A stretch of 63,631 nucleotides of DNA, counting the filler, from Octopus bimaculoides (taxonomy: Eukaryota), in assembly GCF_001194135.2 (NCBI RefSeq). It is 6 parts of 6 records of this genome, joined end to end, with 100 filler letters (N's around TTAATTAATTAA, not from the genome) between each part and the next. Parts side by side here need not be neighbours in the genome. Positions count along the whole stretch, not along the records: positions 20,792 to 47,078 come from NC_069005.1; positions 47,179 to 55,638 come from NC_068983.1; 4 more parts are not named here. The stretch is one strand, 5' to 3'. Below the pieces are notes generated by a model that had not been told where the DNA came from, did not search any database, and worked only from the letters and a program-made list of their open reading frames with translations. This document shows positions 41,439 to 54,520 of this stretch, one piece after another. A program made the translations under genes and the position numbers. Numbering within the stretch: position 1 is the stretch's first letter; every line of letters begins with the position of its first letter.

Positions 41439-41523
41439 TTTCTTTATTGAGCCCAAAGGGTTTACATTAAGAAAAACGTTATGGACAGTAGGGGACAAAA
41501 CAAAGAATGTGTGTCGGTATGTG

Positions 41524-41558
<35 letters not shown>

Positions 41559-41701
41559 TGTGAGGGTTTTGCGTGTTAACAGGTTTAACATAATGGAAAC
41601 AATAATAACATCATCTTCGACTATAACAAAGACAACAAGAACAACAACAATAATGACAATAATAATAATAATAATAATTATTATTATTATTATTATTATC
41701 A

Positions 41702-41748
<47 letters not shown>

Positions 41749-41765
41749 ACAACAAGAACAACAAC

Positions 41766-41826
<61 letters not shown>

Positions 41827-43329
41827 GAGTGAAAATAAACTCCCCGCTTGCATTGGTATTTCGTGTATTATTTGGAATACAAGAAGCTGGATAATATATT
41901 TGCATAAATATGCATATATTTGCATAAGTAGTTGTCAGTTATGTAACGACTCTAAAATATTTATTAAGACTGACATTAATAAAAATGGAGGTGTGATATT
42001 GTGACCTGCGCAACATCGACTCAGAACGTGCGAATGTGAGTGGTTATTATTTTAATATGCCGTGCTTGGTCGAAGCAATAGTGTCCCGTTTCGATTCTCG
42101 CTCATGCAGGACTGGCTTCCGGTCGCGGGGGCTTGGAGCCTACATTTATAGACTAGTTCCATTATTAGGTTTATAACTGCTCGTTGGAATTTAGGTCCAT
42201 TGTGATGTCTAGATAGCTAGTTATTTTCAGATTAGTATTAAACGTAATCATAACGTTTAATTAGTTGGTTATTCTAATAAGTTACTAACATTGTCCATCT
42301 TATATCTATTTCTGTTATTCACTGTTTTTAAGCCATTATTACTATACAATACCCATTTAACCTCTTGTACTTCATTTCTGATCCTGTTTAAGATATCGAA
42401 TATAGAGACTTCAAGGTCAGCGATTTCTGCCCCGTCAAAGCTAGACGTGGATACGACAAAGAAATGTTTCGCCACCTCATTCACCCCGCAGGAAGCGTCG
42501 TAAAATAACAATTTCCTGACTTTCATAATTATGTTTTATGTTCATACCAGATTTTGTTGCTGTGGCGGCTAACGTTTCTTGAATTCCAGAGCCTGCAGAA
42601 GGACGCGGACGTATAGACATCTTCCATGTCGAACTGTATAAACTAATAGCAAGTCTTATCCTCTATAACAGTTCAACCACTTAATGTTGACGACGCTATG
42701 TAACCATTGACTCAGATTCGAAGCTGATCTCATTTGCAGTGATAGTATCTAATGTTCTCCTGCTTACGATCTATAATTCGTTTTTTTTATATATAAGAAA
42801 CGGTAAACGCAAAGATAAAACCGCAAGTCTTATCTCTCCATGTCTACAGAAAGGAAGAAATTCTAAAGCAGAAACGTTTTGTTTACTTTTTAAAGCAAAA
42901 TCAAATTTTTGGATATTTCTTTGTCAATGCTATACTTTACCGGTATATACCTGTGTGTGTGCGCATGCGCACAAGTGTGTAGTGATTTTGTCATCTTAAA
43001 CAGAGATTATCTACGAAATGTATGTGCGTATATGCACGTGTGTGTGCAGTTGTGTTTGTGTATGTGTGTTTATGCACGTATGGACATATGTTTTTAGCTA
43101 CATACACACACACACACTCATATATATATATATATATATATACATGTGTATACTTATACACATATATATATATACATGTGTATACATATACACGCATATA
43201 TATTTATATACACATATATATGTACAGAAGTAATCTGATCAATTAGTATCCGTTGCCATAGTAACGAAGCTAACGCATGCAGAATAAAGCGCTTGGCATT
43301 GATTGACATTAAACTCTGCTGTGCATACG

Positions 43330-43520
43330 CACTAAGTTTTAACGTTCTAGCTCACTTCCGCTGTTTACAGCAGTGCTTGGGAGTAACATGTGTAGCGTGT
43401 GTTCGTCGCATTGACCTTGACGGAGAAAGCTGAGCTGAGAATCTGTATCAAATTTTACCAAAAGCTTGACAATACCTGCTCAGGGGCCTACGCAACGTTT
43501 TCAAAAAGTTTTCATCGTTC
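43330..43520 (+). mobile_element. mariner transposon 5' remnant (transposase N-terminus)
   Basis: TEKAELRICIKFYQKLDNTCSGAYATFSKSF resembles the mariner N-terminal E-x-R-x-C-IKF-x-x-KLG motif. Start codon mutated; interrupted by SSR and SINE. Confidence 0.6.
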
Positions 43521-43569
43521 TCGATACAATCAAGGAGATTTTAAAAATTCATATATATATATATATATA

Positions 43570-43717
43570 TGTTTCCATCAATCATTCACTCACAAAGCTT
43601 CGGTCGGGCCCAGGGCTAGTGTAGAAGAAACCCACACAATGTGCCACGCAGTGGAAAAGAACCTGAAACCACCTGGTTAGGAAGCAAGCATTTTACCACA
43701 AAGCCATGCCCGTGCCT
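43570..43717 (-). mobile_element. Family A SINE 5' half
   Basis: Reverse complement of the head of 34093. Confidence 0.75.
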
Positions 43718-44270
43718 CTGTGGAAAACATGTTTATATGCTTACGAAGTGCACCGTGTAATTCGAAATAAACGCAGTGAACTTTACATTATTTGTAACAT
43801 TCAGGAATTGCGTTGCTGTAATAAAAATGGAAGTCATTTACGATACAAATATTTCATTCGGGAACAAACATCTGGATCAAGAAAGATATCATAAAATGGA
43901 CATTACGTTGACTATCAAGGACACAAGAAGAAATATTGGAAATTTAAGGATTAAAGACGGTGTACTTAAATCCTTATTGATTAAATGATTATTAATATGA
44001 TTAATAAACTTAATCTGCCCATTAACAATATGACCTGAGGTATGCTAATTGGTTGATTTAACACTAACAATCCGCCCAAGCTCCAAACCTCTTTTTAAAG
44101 GATAGCGTTTAAAAAAATTACTGATTAGTTATTTTGATTTGTACAGATCAAAACTAGTTCGTCCATTGTTTTCTTGATAAAGGAATTTTATGTCCGAAAT
44201 ATTTAAATACAAAGTAAAACTATAAATCACTCTCGCTTCTGTTTACGCACCTTTATTACATTTCCGTGAA

Positions 44271-44440
44271 GGAGCGTGGCCTAGTGATGAGGGTGTTGCA
44301 CTCACGGTTGCTAGATCGTAGGTTCGATTACCGGATATAGCGGCGTATTGTGTTTTTGAGCAAAACACTTTACTTCAAGTTCTTCCAGTTCACTCAACTG
44401 CAAATGGTAAGCCTGCTTACGGGAATGCTGGCCTGCTCGC

Positions 44441-44445
<5 letters not shown>
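44271..44445 (+). mobile_element. tRNA-derived SINE (family C) ending at a (GT)n run
   Basis: A box TGGCCTAGTG and B box GGTTCGATTACC, then tgtgtttttgagcaaaacactt. A related minus-strand head lies at ~14640-14735. Confidence 0.7.
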
Positions 44446-44510
<65 letters not shown>

Positions 44511-44885
44511 AAGAGTGAGAGAGAGTGAGAGATGGAGAGAGATTCAGTAGATAGATGTGTATATATATATTCATGCGTATATACATAAATACACACATAT
44601 ATACATATATATGTGTATGCATGTATGTATGTATGTATGTATGTATGTATGTATGTATGCATATACACACATATAGTTGAAAAGGGGTTCAGAGTCCATA
44701 TATATGAAGAATTAAAGTTTTGAAAAATAAGTAAAGTTGAAAAACGCACAAAAGTATATTTTAGAGAATGTTTAATATTTTTATTACAGTAAGTGATTTA
44801 AAATATAATCGGTTTCGATGTATCCATCTTATCAAATATTAAAAAGAATTCTTTAAGAATATATTCAAATAAATACTCGTAACGA

Positions 44886-44935
<50 letters not shown>

Positions 44936-45149
44936 TCATATATCTCCCTTTTACATACACACAGTGTTGAAACGCTGTTTGATTTTTTTTCGCCGAAGAA
45001 TTTCCGCCATTCCACTACCAGTTTGTCATCACCCCTTCCTTCCATATTCATCTATCACCCAATCATTTCTCATTCATATGTTGTGAGGGAGAAAAACACA
45101 AGAATATCATTATAGTAGAGATTTGTGTTTGTGTGTATGTCTTTCTCAC

Positions 45150-45305
45150 TCACCAGTGTTTCTGTGTTTACGTCCTCGTAACCTAGCGATCTAGTAGAAC
45201 AGAGCAATATAATACGTATCAGGCTTTAGAAACAAACTACTGAGTTCGAGTCGTTCGACTGAAATTCTTCATAGCGGTGCCCCAGCATGGTCGCAGTCTA
45301 ATAAG
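45150..45305 (+). mobile_element. Diverged family A SINE 3' half
   Basis: gtgtttacgtcctcgtaacctagcg...gcggtgccccagcatggtcgcagtc. Confidence 0.7.
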
Positions 45306-45657
45306 GGGAAAAAGAACAATAAATAAAAGACTTGTGCGTGCGTGTATGTATGTTATGTATGTGAGTATACATCTATATATAATATAAATGTGTGTGTGTG
45401 TCATATGCATACATCATAAGCTTAGTCACGTTAGAACCGAAACCACGTGTTTAAATGCCACCAATCAAAAAACAGTATAAACACAGNNNNNNNNNNNNNN
45501 NNNNNNNNNNNNNNNNNNNNNNNNNNNNNNNNNNNNNNNNNNNNNNNNNNNNNNNNNNNNNNNNNNNNNNNNNNNNNNNNNNNNNNNNNNNNNNNNNNNN
45601 NNNNNNNNNNNNNNNNNNNNNNNNNNNNNNNNNNNNNNNNNNNNNNNNNNNNNNNNN

Positions 45658-45695
<38 letters not shown>

Positions 45696-46299
45696 GTGTA
45701 TACATATACATATATATATATGCACGACTGGTTAAATACAAGATAGGAAAGCCTTTTAAGTAATTTTGCATTCAGTCGCTCTTCGGTCGTTCTGGTTTTT
45801 CTAACGACATGCTATGTTAGTGAAATAAGATATAAAGTGTTTTTAATGCTTCTAATGTTCATGCTGAGGAGCATCAGGCTAACTAAGCGTTTAGTGTCGT
45901 CCTATACATTCATTATAGAGTCCAGTCGGCTGTATTAAAATATTAGTTGCGGTTGAAAGAACATTTTATAGAACGGAGTCCAGTTTTCGGTTATAACTTA
46001 CTTTATTAGCAAGTTGTATTAGTTAAATAACACGAGGGATTCAACTCCTCTAATGTAATTCGCTGTTTTGAGTTTATGTGTGTTTCTTGGTGGCTAGTTA
46101 GTTAGAATGTGAAATAGCTTTATTGGATAGATAGATAGATAGATAAACAGAGAGAAAACAGATACTTAGGTCGATAGATAGATAGATAGATAGAGAAAGA
46201 GAGAGAGAGAGGTGGGGTATACATTGATACACAAAGTACATGCGTGTGTTATAGAGGTAGGAAATGTTACGAATGTTGCCTGTATCGCATGTAGTTGTA

Positions 46300-46333
46300 C
46301 ACATAGTGTAGATGACCACTACATCGTAGAAAC
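46300..46333 (-). pseudogene. tRNA-Val-like 5' fragment, array copy A
   Basis: GTTTCTACGATGTAGTGGTCATC matches the 5' end of copies B and C, and its flanking spacer (46334-46390) is homologous to theirs. Confidence 0.5.
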
Positions 46334-46428
46334 TTCGTAATGCAAAATGAGAACATCTGAATGTATATAATTATTTCAATTATATCATGTGATTTGTCAT
46401 ATGGAGAAAGAAAAAAAACGAATGACAA

Positions 46429-46500
46429 GGTTCCAGTGAGTTTCGAACGCACGACTTTCTTTGACTGAAGCAGTCGCGGTGACCACTACGCCATGGAAAC
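46429..46500 (-). pseudogene. tRNA-Val-like pseudogene, array copy B (72 nt)
   Basis: GTTTCCATGGCGTAGTGGTCACCGCGACTGCTTCAGTCAAAGAAAGTCGTGCGTTCGAAACTCACTGGAACC aligns to the GGTTCCA-type animal tRNA-Val. Acceptor stem 6/7, D stem intact, anticodon arm broken. T8 run ~10 nt downstream. Confidence 0.7.
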
Positions 46501-46587
46501 TTCATGACGAATGTACGAACTTCTGAATGTATATCATTATCACAATTATATCAGGTCATCTGCCAAATCTAGTAAAAGTATTAACAA

Positions 46588-46659
46588 GCCTCTAACGGGT
46601 TTCGAACTCACAGCCCTCTGCGTGCTGAACAGAAGTGATGACCACTACACCAGGGAACC
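46588..46659 (-). pseudogene. tRNA-Val-like pseudogene, array copy C (72 nt)
   Basis: GGTTCCCTGGTGTAGTGGTCATCACTTCTGTTCAGCACGCAGAGGGCTGTGAGTTCGAAACCCGTTAGAGGC: D and anticodon stems pair, A and B boxes present, acceptor 3' side decayed. T4 downstream. Confidence 0.68.
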
Positions 46660-46756
46660 TTCGGAATACAGAGCGTGAAGTTCTGGATATATATTATCAT
46701 TATTATTACAATTATATCGTGTTTTTCGCTATATGCAGAAAAAACAGAATTAACAA

Positions 46757-46805
46757 GGTTCCAGCGAGCTTCGAACTCGCGACCCTGTGCATATGAAGCA
46801 GATGT
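46757..46805 (-). pseudogene. tRNA-Val-like pseudogene, array copy D (3' two-thirds)
   Basis: ACATCTGCTTCATATGCACAGGGTCGCGAGTTCGAAGCTCGCTGGAACC: perfect 5-bp T stem and TGGAACC acceptor end, T6 downstream. The 5' part is replaced by a GA/GATA SSR. Confidence 0.65.
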
Positions 46806-46836
46806 AGAGAGATAGATAGACAGACAGATAGATTTA

Positions 46837-46881
<45 letters not shown>

Positions 46882-47078
46882 AATATGCATGTCTTTATAC
46901 TTACATACATTTATTTATATGAAACAATGTTTTTGACAGTGACTTTGAAGCTTTGGCCAGCTAAGCCATCGTCGACTACGGTGCATTAGGGTTTGTCTCA
47001 CCTTTATATTGTCTCTGTTAAGTTAAAATAATTTTTGGCTGTGTGGGTTTTGAGTGGGGTGGTAATTATGTTTTTATG

Positions 47079-47178
47079 NNNNNNNNNNNNNNNNNNNNNN
47101 NNNNNNNNNNNNNNNNNNNNNNTTAATTAATTAANNNNNNNNNNNNNNNNNNNNNNNNNNNNNNNNNNNNNNNNNNNN
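47079..47178. other. Artificial scaffold join (44 N + TTAATTAATTAA + 44 N)
   Basis: Same 100-bp structure. Confidence 0.95.
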
Positions 47179-47228
<50 letters not shown>

Positions 47229-50200
47229 GTAAAAAAAAAATAGGAGAGGAATATAGATGAATGTTCACTTCCATTCCACCCCTCTGATACACACACAATG
47301 ATAAATTTAACACACTGAAGTGGAGGAGTATAAATAACAATGTTAATTTTATATTTCTTAACATTTATAGCAAAATATAGAAAGCTACATATTTGCAGTC
47401 ATATGTGTATACATATATATGTACAAATATGCACATACATTTGTACTAATATACATATACATATGTACTTATACATACTTCCACACTTACAAGGCATAGT
47501 TCGACATATCCTATATGTACGTTCCAACTACATTTATAAATACATATGTGTGTGTATATATGTATACATCAGTGTATGCATAAATACATATTATCATCAT
47601 CATCATCATCATCACTTAACGGCGTTTTTCCAAGCTGACATAGTAAGCTGAGGAGTTGCACCAGGTTTCAATCTGATTTGACATGGTTTCTATGGCTGGA
47701 AACATACACATATATATGCATACACATATTCATATATGCAAACTTCCATACACATACATACAAAATACACACACACACACACACATAAAGTGATAGAGAA
47801 AAATCACACATCAACTTACTTTCATTTTAGAATGATGCTTGATGAATTTATTCATTGATGCATATATACACATAAAGACATACATGTATATAGATACACA
47901 CACATATAAATACATTTGTAAACAGACACATTTCTGTCTATTTGTGTGTATACGTATGTGTGTATACATGCATCACTGCATACATGTGTGTGTGGATGAA
48001 TATCGCTTGATTGTAGTATACTCTCCTGGGATACGTCCAGTTACAATACACTCCGAGTGTTCTGTTCCAACTTATATACAGCATATTGCTATGTCAGGAC
48101 GATGGGGTGAGGTGGGAGGGGTGTTGGTGTAGGAAAGTCTTAATGTGTCTTGTTGCTGATAGCTGTAAGACCAATCACAACCTCACCACTGCTGCCACCT
48201 GAAGTGATGACAATAACAACTCAGCAACAACTACAGGACTAAGTCTGCTTAAGCAAAACACACTGGAGATATGGGGTTGGGTCAGGTGTAGAAGAAACAT
48301 TATTCAGTCACAGCCACAACATTAATAAATAAAAACATTAACAATATTATTAGCAACAATAACAGTATAAACAGTAACAGTGTTGACCTCATCAAAAACT
48401 AAACAAGCCAATGAGAATTTTATGTGACCATTTGACTCGATAAAAATACCAACCAAATCTCCTCAAATCCCTCCCTTCTGCTTTGGGAAAGGAAAGGACA
48501 CATAGGATAAGAGAAAGCTACATTTCTAAACAGATAGAATGATCATGGCTGTAGAGAGTATATTTGATTGCATCAACCCCAGTACTTAACTGATTATTTA
48601 TTTTATTGGCCCTGAAAGGATGAAAGATGAAGCAGAGTTTGTAGAGATTTGAATCTAATATATAAATAATGTAAACAATATAAGCAACAGCAACAACAAA
48701 GAAGACCTCTGTCAGACTATTTCAAATGTTAGAAAAGACAGCCAAATTTCTCTTAAATCAAGCTCTACTATCTTAACAAGGAAGGACATATAATTTAGTT
48801 CTCAACATGCCTCAAAAGATGTGATAGTCATGGATGGAGTGCTTCTGATTATAAGTCTACTGAGTCAGTACTGACCTGGAGCTATACAATAACAAATTGA
48901 CAACTATTGAACCAATGAAAGATCCACTACATGGTTGCCTGATATAAAAAAAGATAGCAGACAACATCTCTCTTTGAAAATGGTAACTTTGGTGTGTTAA
49001 TCAACTGCATCCACCCCTAAATATATACAACAAGCTTCTGTCCAAGCCTGAAAAGCTGAAGACACTTGCTCAAGATATCATACAGTGGCACTGAACTGAA
49101 GACCATATGGCTGCAAAGAAAACTCCTTAACCACACAGCTATGCCTGTACCTATAGATTCAGGTTGTCATACTGCACTTCATGTGAGTAATCATTGCATA
49201 TCAGTGTTCAATATGGTAGTCAGTGTAACTAGAGCAATAGATTTGTGTATTACATTTAGCCATTTGCTCAACTTATATACTACAGGTCAATTCATTCACA
49301 GCTGACCTGGAACTACAAACACCACCACCACTCCACAAACCATAAGCTGTATCACATCTTCCAACCACCACAACCAGCACCATCAACACCATTACCACCC
49401 CAATCATCACATCTACTCCCAATACTTCCTCTAACACCACCCCTCATAAATAAAACGGGATGTCTGAGTAGATATGTCAGCTTACCTATTTATGCACTGT
49501 GAGTTCAAATCTAGTAATTTTAATGTGCTTCTAGATGGAATAGTTTATTTTACAATCCTTCAGTCAATTTAGCTGTCAAGAATAATAAATTAGTACTTGA
49601 GGCAAAAATCAACATTTCATCAGACTGTATCATTCTACAAAACTACAGCCAAGAAACTTTAGCTCTCAACTTCTCTTTGGTCCTAGCTTTTTATAGATAT
49701 TGTGAGAAGATATATATACAGCATTTCTCTAAGTAGCAGACTGAACTATATTACTGTGAAACAACTTATACTATTGATGAATGTTTGTTAGCCTACTCTG
49801 CTAAAATGCACATGCTACCAGGACAATTACTTTTGACAGACTTGTGCATTTATTGACAGAGAAATGAGAGAGAGAGAGGTGAGGAGATGTCCTTCAATTT
49901 CATGAACACTTGGATAAGCTTCAGCAGTGGTGAATGGATAAAGGTATTGAACCACCACTAACTCTAGGATCAGACATTTCATTGTTTTTAGAGGTGACAG
50001 TTGAGTCTATTTATCCAAATCAAGAATTCTGGAAAAGTACATCGTAAAAGACTGGTGCCCTGTCCAGAATAAGAGGGCACTTCATTTTCATCTGTAAATC
50101 ACTACAGAAACCAGCATTAAGTACCAGCCTTAGAGGCCTCTGTACTTCACAAAGGAGTTTATTTACCAAGTACTAATACTCATTTTTCTACTTCACAAGA

Positions 50201-52577
50201 ATTCCCTTTGATGCAGAAGACATATACAAGTATCCATGATTAGAGATCCATGTTCCGTTGAAATCAAGTTCAATAACCAGCTTGTCCCCATCCAGCCATC
50301 ACTACCAACATCCCACAGAAACATTCTCCAACTCAGCTCAGGATTGATCAAATTTTCAAGACAACTTTGGGTTACTAATCTTCACTGGCACAAATTTTTT
50401 TATAGTCAAGCAAGATATCTACACAAGAGTCATAGGTTGAATATGGCATCAACTGTTGCACACCATTCTTCATACACAGTTTATATTAAAGGATAGGCCA
50501 GGGATAGTCTCTAGTTACTTTTCACAAAATCCATAGGGTCATTTGAACTCTGTGCTGATAATGAAACGCTTGTCTGTTACATATGCTTTGTTTAAAACTA
50601 ACCTATATGTACAATGTCCACCTGATCTTACACAGCTTGCTACATCTATGGCTTATGTTACAGGTAAATTGTCAGAGTATAGTGATGATCTGAACTGTAT
50701 CTCTACATCAGAGATTTCCAAATTATGTTACAACACTTTAGCATGTCACTAATAATCTTTAGGCATGTCAAAGTAAGTCACAAAAGTAAGTCAGCTTTTA
50801 GGAATTTTTATCTGTGAAATTCAATTGAAATCTGAAACAATGCATACAATTAGACTTATAATGGTGACGCATGATGTGATATTTAATCACTAATAAAATT
50901 ATTCTGTCATGAAATTTTTTTTTTAAAAAGCACATCAATGGAAAAAGTTTCAAAAGCTCTGCTCTACATGATGCCTATTACACAACTAGGTGAATAGGAC
51001 CAGCAAGAGTTAAGTGACTTTGTCATAGCAACAGCTCAGCACCTACATTTCAGTTACCTCCCACAAACACAAATACCCACTTTTATTCACTTCACTGTTT
51101 CTATTCACCTGCCTTCTGTCATACACCCACACCTGTCTCCTTTACTTCTACCACACCACCACTCTTTCTTTCTCTCTCTCTCTCTCTTTCTCTTACACAC
51201 ACACACCAATTGTTTTAATCACCCTACTTGTTTTATTCTTATGCTACTTCTGTCTTTACTACTATTCACCATCTGTCATCATACCAGTCCAGGGACACTC
51301 AATGTAGTTGCTCAGTCTGCTTAATGCAGCAACCTTACCTCTCTCAAATAACACACTGTCTTAAAAAAGAGAAGAACATATTGCATAATAGTTATACAAT
51401 GTTTGAAAATAAAAGCAGAATGATCATGGCTGAAATACCCTTTCTTTTATCATAGAGGAGGGCTGAACTGGAGCTTAATGCCAACACCACTATTACAGCC
51501 ACCAGTACTAGCAATACCGTCACCACCACCACCACTACTATTATAAGCACAATCATCACCACCAGCAGTGCAACTACTGCCAAAACCATGTTCTTATCTT
51601 CAAACCTCTCACAGCAAGTTTGAGCTTGACATAATTCCATCCTTGTGGTTTTCTTTCTTGATAGAGAATTGCTGTTGTTGTCTCCAACTCATAATCTCTA
51701 CTTAACCAACTTTTTCTTTCTTGCAAACTCAAAGTTTCCTGGCAACTAATAGCAACAAAGGATAAACATTCTCAGTGCACTGCAACATGTCATTTAGCCC
51801 CAAGTCAGTCTTAACTGGACAGACTTATTCCAACCATGACTATTTCATCTTATATTTTCACTGAGTCATTTTTAATGGTGTGTCTGAGGGAGATCTGACT
51901 GTTGTTTCTAGCATGTCAAGCGACTACTTAGAGGCTCCTTTTATCACAGTTTACTGAAATGTGAAAGCATTTTGTTCCTCAGTTAGAGAGGTTATCATGT
52001 TTAAGTAAACCTCAGTTACCAGCACATGATTGCAGACCCAGCACTCATTATGTCATAACAACAATCACAGCTGATTGAGTTGACAGAGAATATGAAGCCT
52101 TATCTTCCAAAGAGACTCAACAGTATATTACCTATTACAGATACTGGCACTGTTGCCATGCTAAAGAAACTTAACTTTCTGTGCTCTACTTCACTTACAT
52201 GTCAATAGTTACTATGGAGAAGTACACGTCATTGATGTACTCTAAGAACCTACCTAGCTGTTGATGTGGATTATCCACAGATCAGCCCAGTTCAGACCTA
52301 TGATCAAAGATGTTCCAGCTATGACTGTCCTAGTTTACTTTTCTGTACATGACTATACAATCCGATGTGCCCTTCATATTTTATGATAGGTTAGGATCAA
52401 CCAGTACATCAGTCCAGGGCCCAGAGAGCCAAAGAGATGGACTGTAACAATCTACTGGAACTTTCTCTGAAAATCAATTGAATTTTGAGAGGACCCCACC
52501 CCATCCCAGGGCTTAAAAGCAGGTTTATTCTACCCTACTAAATTTTTCTAAGAAGCTTAGAGTATGATTTACGGCAG

Positions 52578-54138
52578 ATTTGGTTGATAATTTCAGTAGA
52601 TCAAGTGACCATGTAGATACTTTGTTTGCCAATCCTAGGTGTAGTGGAAATGTATGCGGGAAGGATACAGAGTGATGAACAAGACATAGTCTATGAGATG
52701 TAGTGCTAAGGTTTGTTGCATGGGTATCACATAAGAGTTTGACCATGGTGTGAGGTGTATAATGTAATGCAGTCACATTCACTTCCTCAGCCTTTCCTGC
52801 CATCAGCCTCAGTTCTGAAACCTGGGTGTTAACACTTTTATATTCTCTCTCTATCTTTGTAAAGAAGGACAAATATCCAGGACATTAGATTATTTCACCC
52901 CTCATAACATATCAAATCAGGGAACTCTTCTATAAATTTTTTTTTTTTTTGATACTGAACATCTCTAGTTTCTTCAGATTCTGAATGTTACCATATAGTC
53001 ATCATCATCATCATTTAACATCCATTTTATATGCTGGCATGGATTGGATGGTTTGACCAGAGCTGGTAAAGCCAGAGGCCACACCAGGTTCGATTGTCTG
53101 TTCTGGCATGGTTTCTATGGGTGGATGCCTTTGTAATGCCAACCACTCCACAGAGTGTGGTACCAGCATCAGTGCTTTTAATGTGACACCAGCATCAGTA
53201 TCACTTCTGCTGTGGTGGATGGGTCTTCTTGAGTACAGTGAGGTGCTAGATATCTTGGTCCTTTGTCTTTCCTTTTGTAAACCTCAGTGTCTTGAGATTG
53301 GCCTTAGAATGAGTAAGGTTTAGAATGGCAGTCAGTGTATGCTATGACAAGTATAATGTCTTCACAAACAGACAGGAATTATTAGGGATGAAATGTGACA
53401 GTTAGGTACATCATGTAAACATTCAATATCAGGATCTACATTTGTATGAGAATAAATAAACTGACAAATTACTTTACATACATCTTTGTTTATTTGTTAA
53501 CTATCTAAGAATATTTAAAAACATCAAAAACTTAAATGTTTACAAAACCTTGAAGTATACATAGATGTCATGGCTTAACTCTGGTTTCATAGCATTATAC
53601 ATAAATTTCAACTTGTGTTTAAGAACTTTATAATCCATTGGATTATAGCAATGAATAATTCATTCTCATGTAATATATTTTGGATGTGTAAGCTTGGTGA
53701 ATTCTTTTTCTTTCTTATAAGTAACTCCTAGTAGAATTTGATTTAAAGACAGCAAACTAATGAAACAATCGTCAACTATATAATGTTTTACATTTGATCA
53801 AGGTACTTACTTATAGTTAAGTGACCTTTTCCTATAGTATCTAATTCCAGAAGTTATACTGATTTCAGTGTTCAGCTACTTTTACTAGGGATACCTGTTC
53901 ACAGACAGGTGGACTGGATACAGCAGTGAATTATACTTAGTCATGAGAGTTATTACAAGGAATTCAGAGATAGATGACAAGGCTATATTGTACTACAGAA
54001 TATACCCTAGCACTATATCTCATACACTATGTCTTGTTCATCACTCTGTATCCTTTCCTCATACATTTCCACTACACCTAGGATTGACAAACAAAGTATC
54101 TACTTGGTCACTTGATCTACTGAAATTATCAACCAAAT
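52578..54138. repeat. Inverted pair of ~134-bp repeats (52578-52711 and 54005-54138)
   Basis: Both translate (opposite strands) to LCLVHHSVSFPHTFPLHLGL.NKVSTWSLDLLKLSTK; about 90% identical by eye; related to family D. Confidence 0.9.
52998..53330 (-). mobile_element. SINE-like repeat with (ATG)n tail (RTE-partner type)
   Basis: catcatcatcatttaacatcc...catggtttctatgggtggatgcc...aatgccaaccac. A second copy lies at 47592-47700. Confidence 0.65.
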
Positions 54139-54309
54139 ATACTGAAAGATTTTTAGCCAACTGCTTTTTTTGTCCATCAAGATATTGTATATAAAGACAG
54201 TGCTTACATCTGTTGAATACATTCAGTGCTGACTGAAAATCTAGTTATATTCTGTAGTACAGTAGAGCCTTGAAAGAACAAAACACTTTTAGCATACCTC
54301 TAATTTGTT

Positions 54310-54520
54310 GATTTCAAATTTTTGGCACAAGGTCAATTGTGAGAGGGAGAGGGTGATTAGATCAACCCCAGAGATCAACTGGTACTTATTTTATTGATCC
54401 CTAAAGGATGAAAGGTAATGTCAACCTTGGTGGAATTTGAACTCAGAACATAAAGACATACAAAATGCTGCTAAGCATTTTGCACAGCATGCTAACGATT
54501 CTGCTAGCTTGCTACCTTTC
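54310..54520 (-). mobile_element. Diverged family B SINE
   Basis: ctggtacttattttattgatccctaaaggatgaaagg...gaatttgaactcagaac...gctaacgattctgctagct. Confidence 0.75.

Larger units (their letters stand above)
1424..45657. other. Sized assembly gaps at approximately 1424-2383, 4339-5015, 6476-6928, 7754-8308, 9347-9482, 19632-20301, 25035-25352, 26155-27124, 27400-27639, 31138-31843, 40382-40588 and 45487-45657
   Basis: N runs, nearly all bordered by (TA)n, (CA)n, (GA)n or trinucleotide SSRs. Confidence 0.98.

Noticed and set aside
42020-42100. tRNA-like A/B-box fragments (agtggtta...gtttcgattc)
   Set aside because: No cloverleaf can be built.
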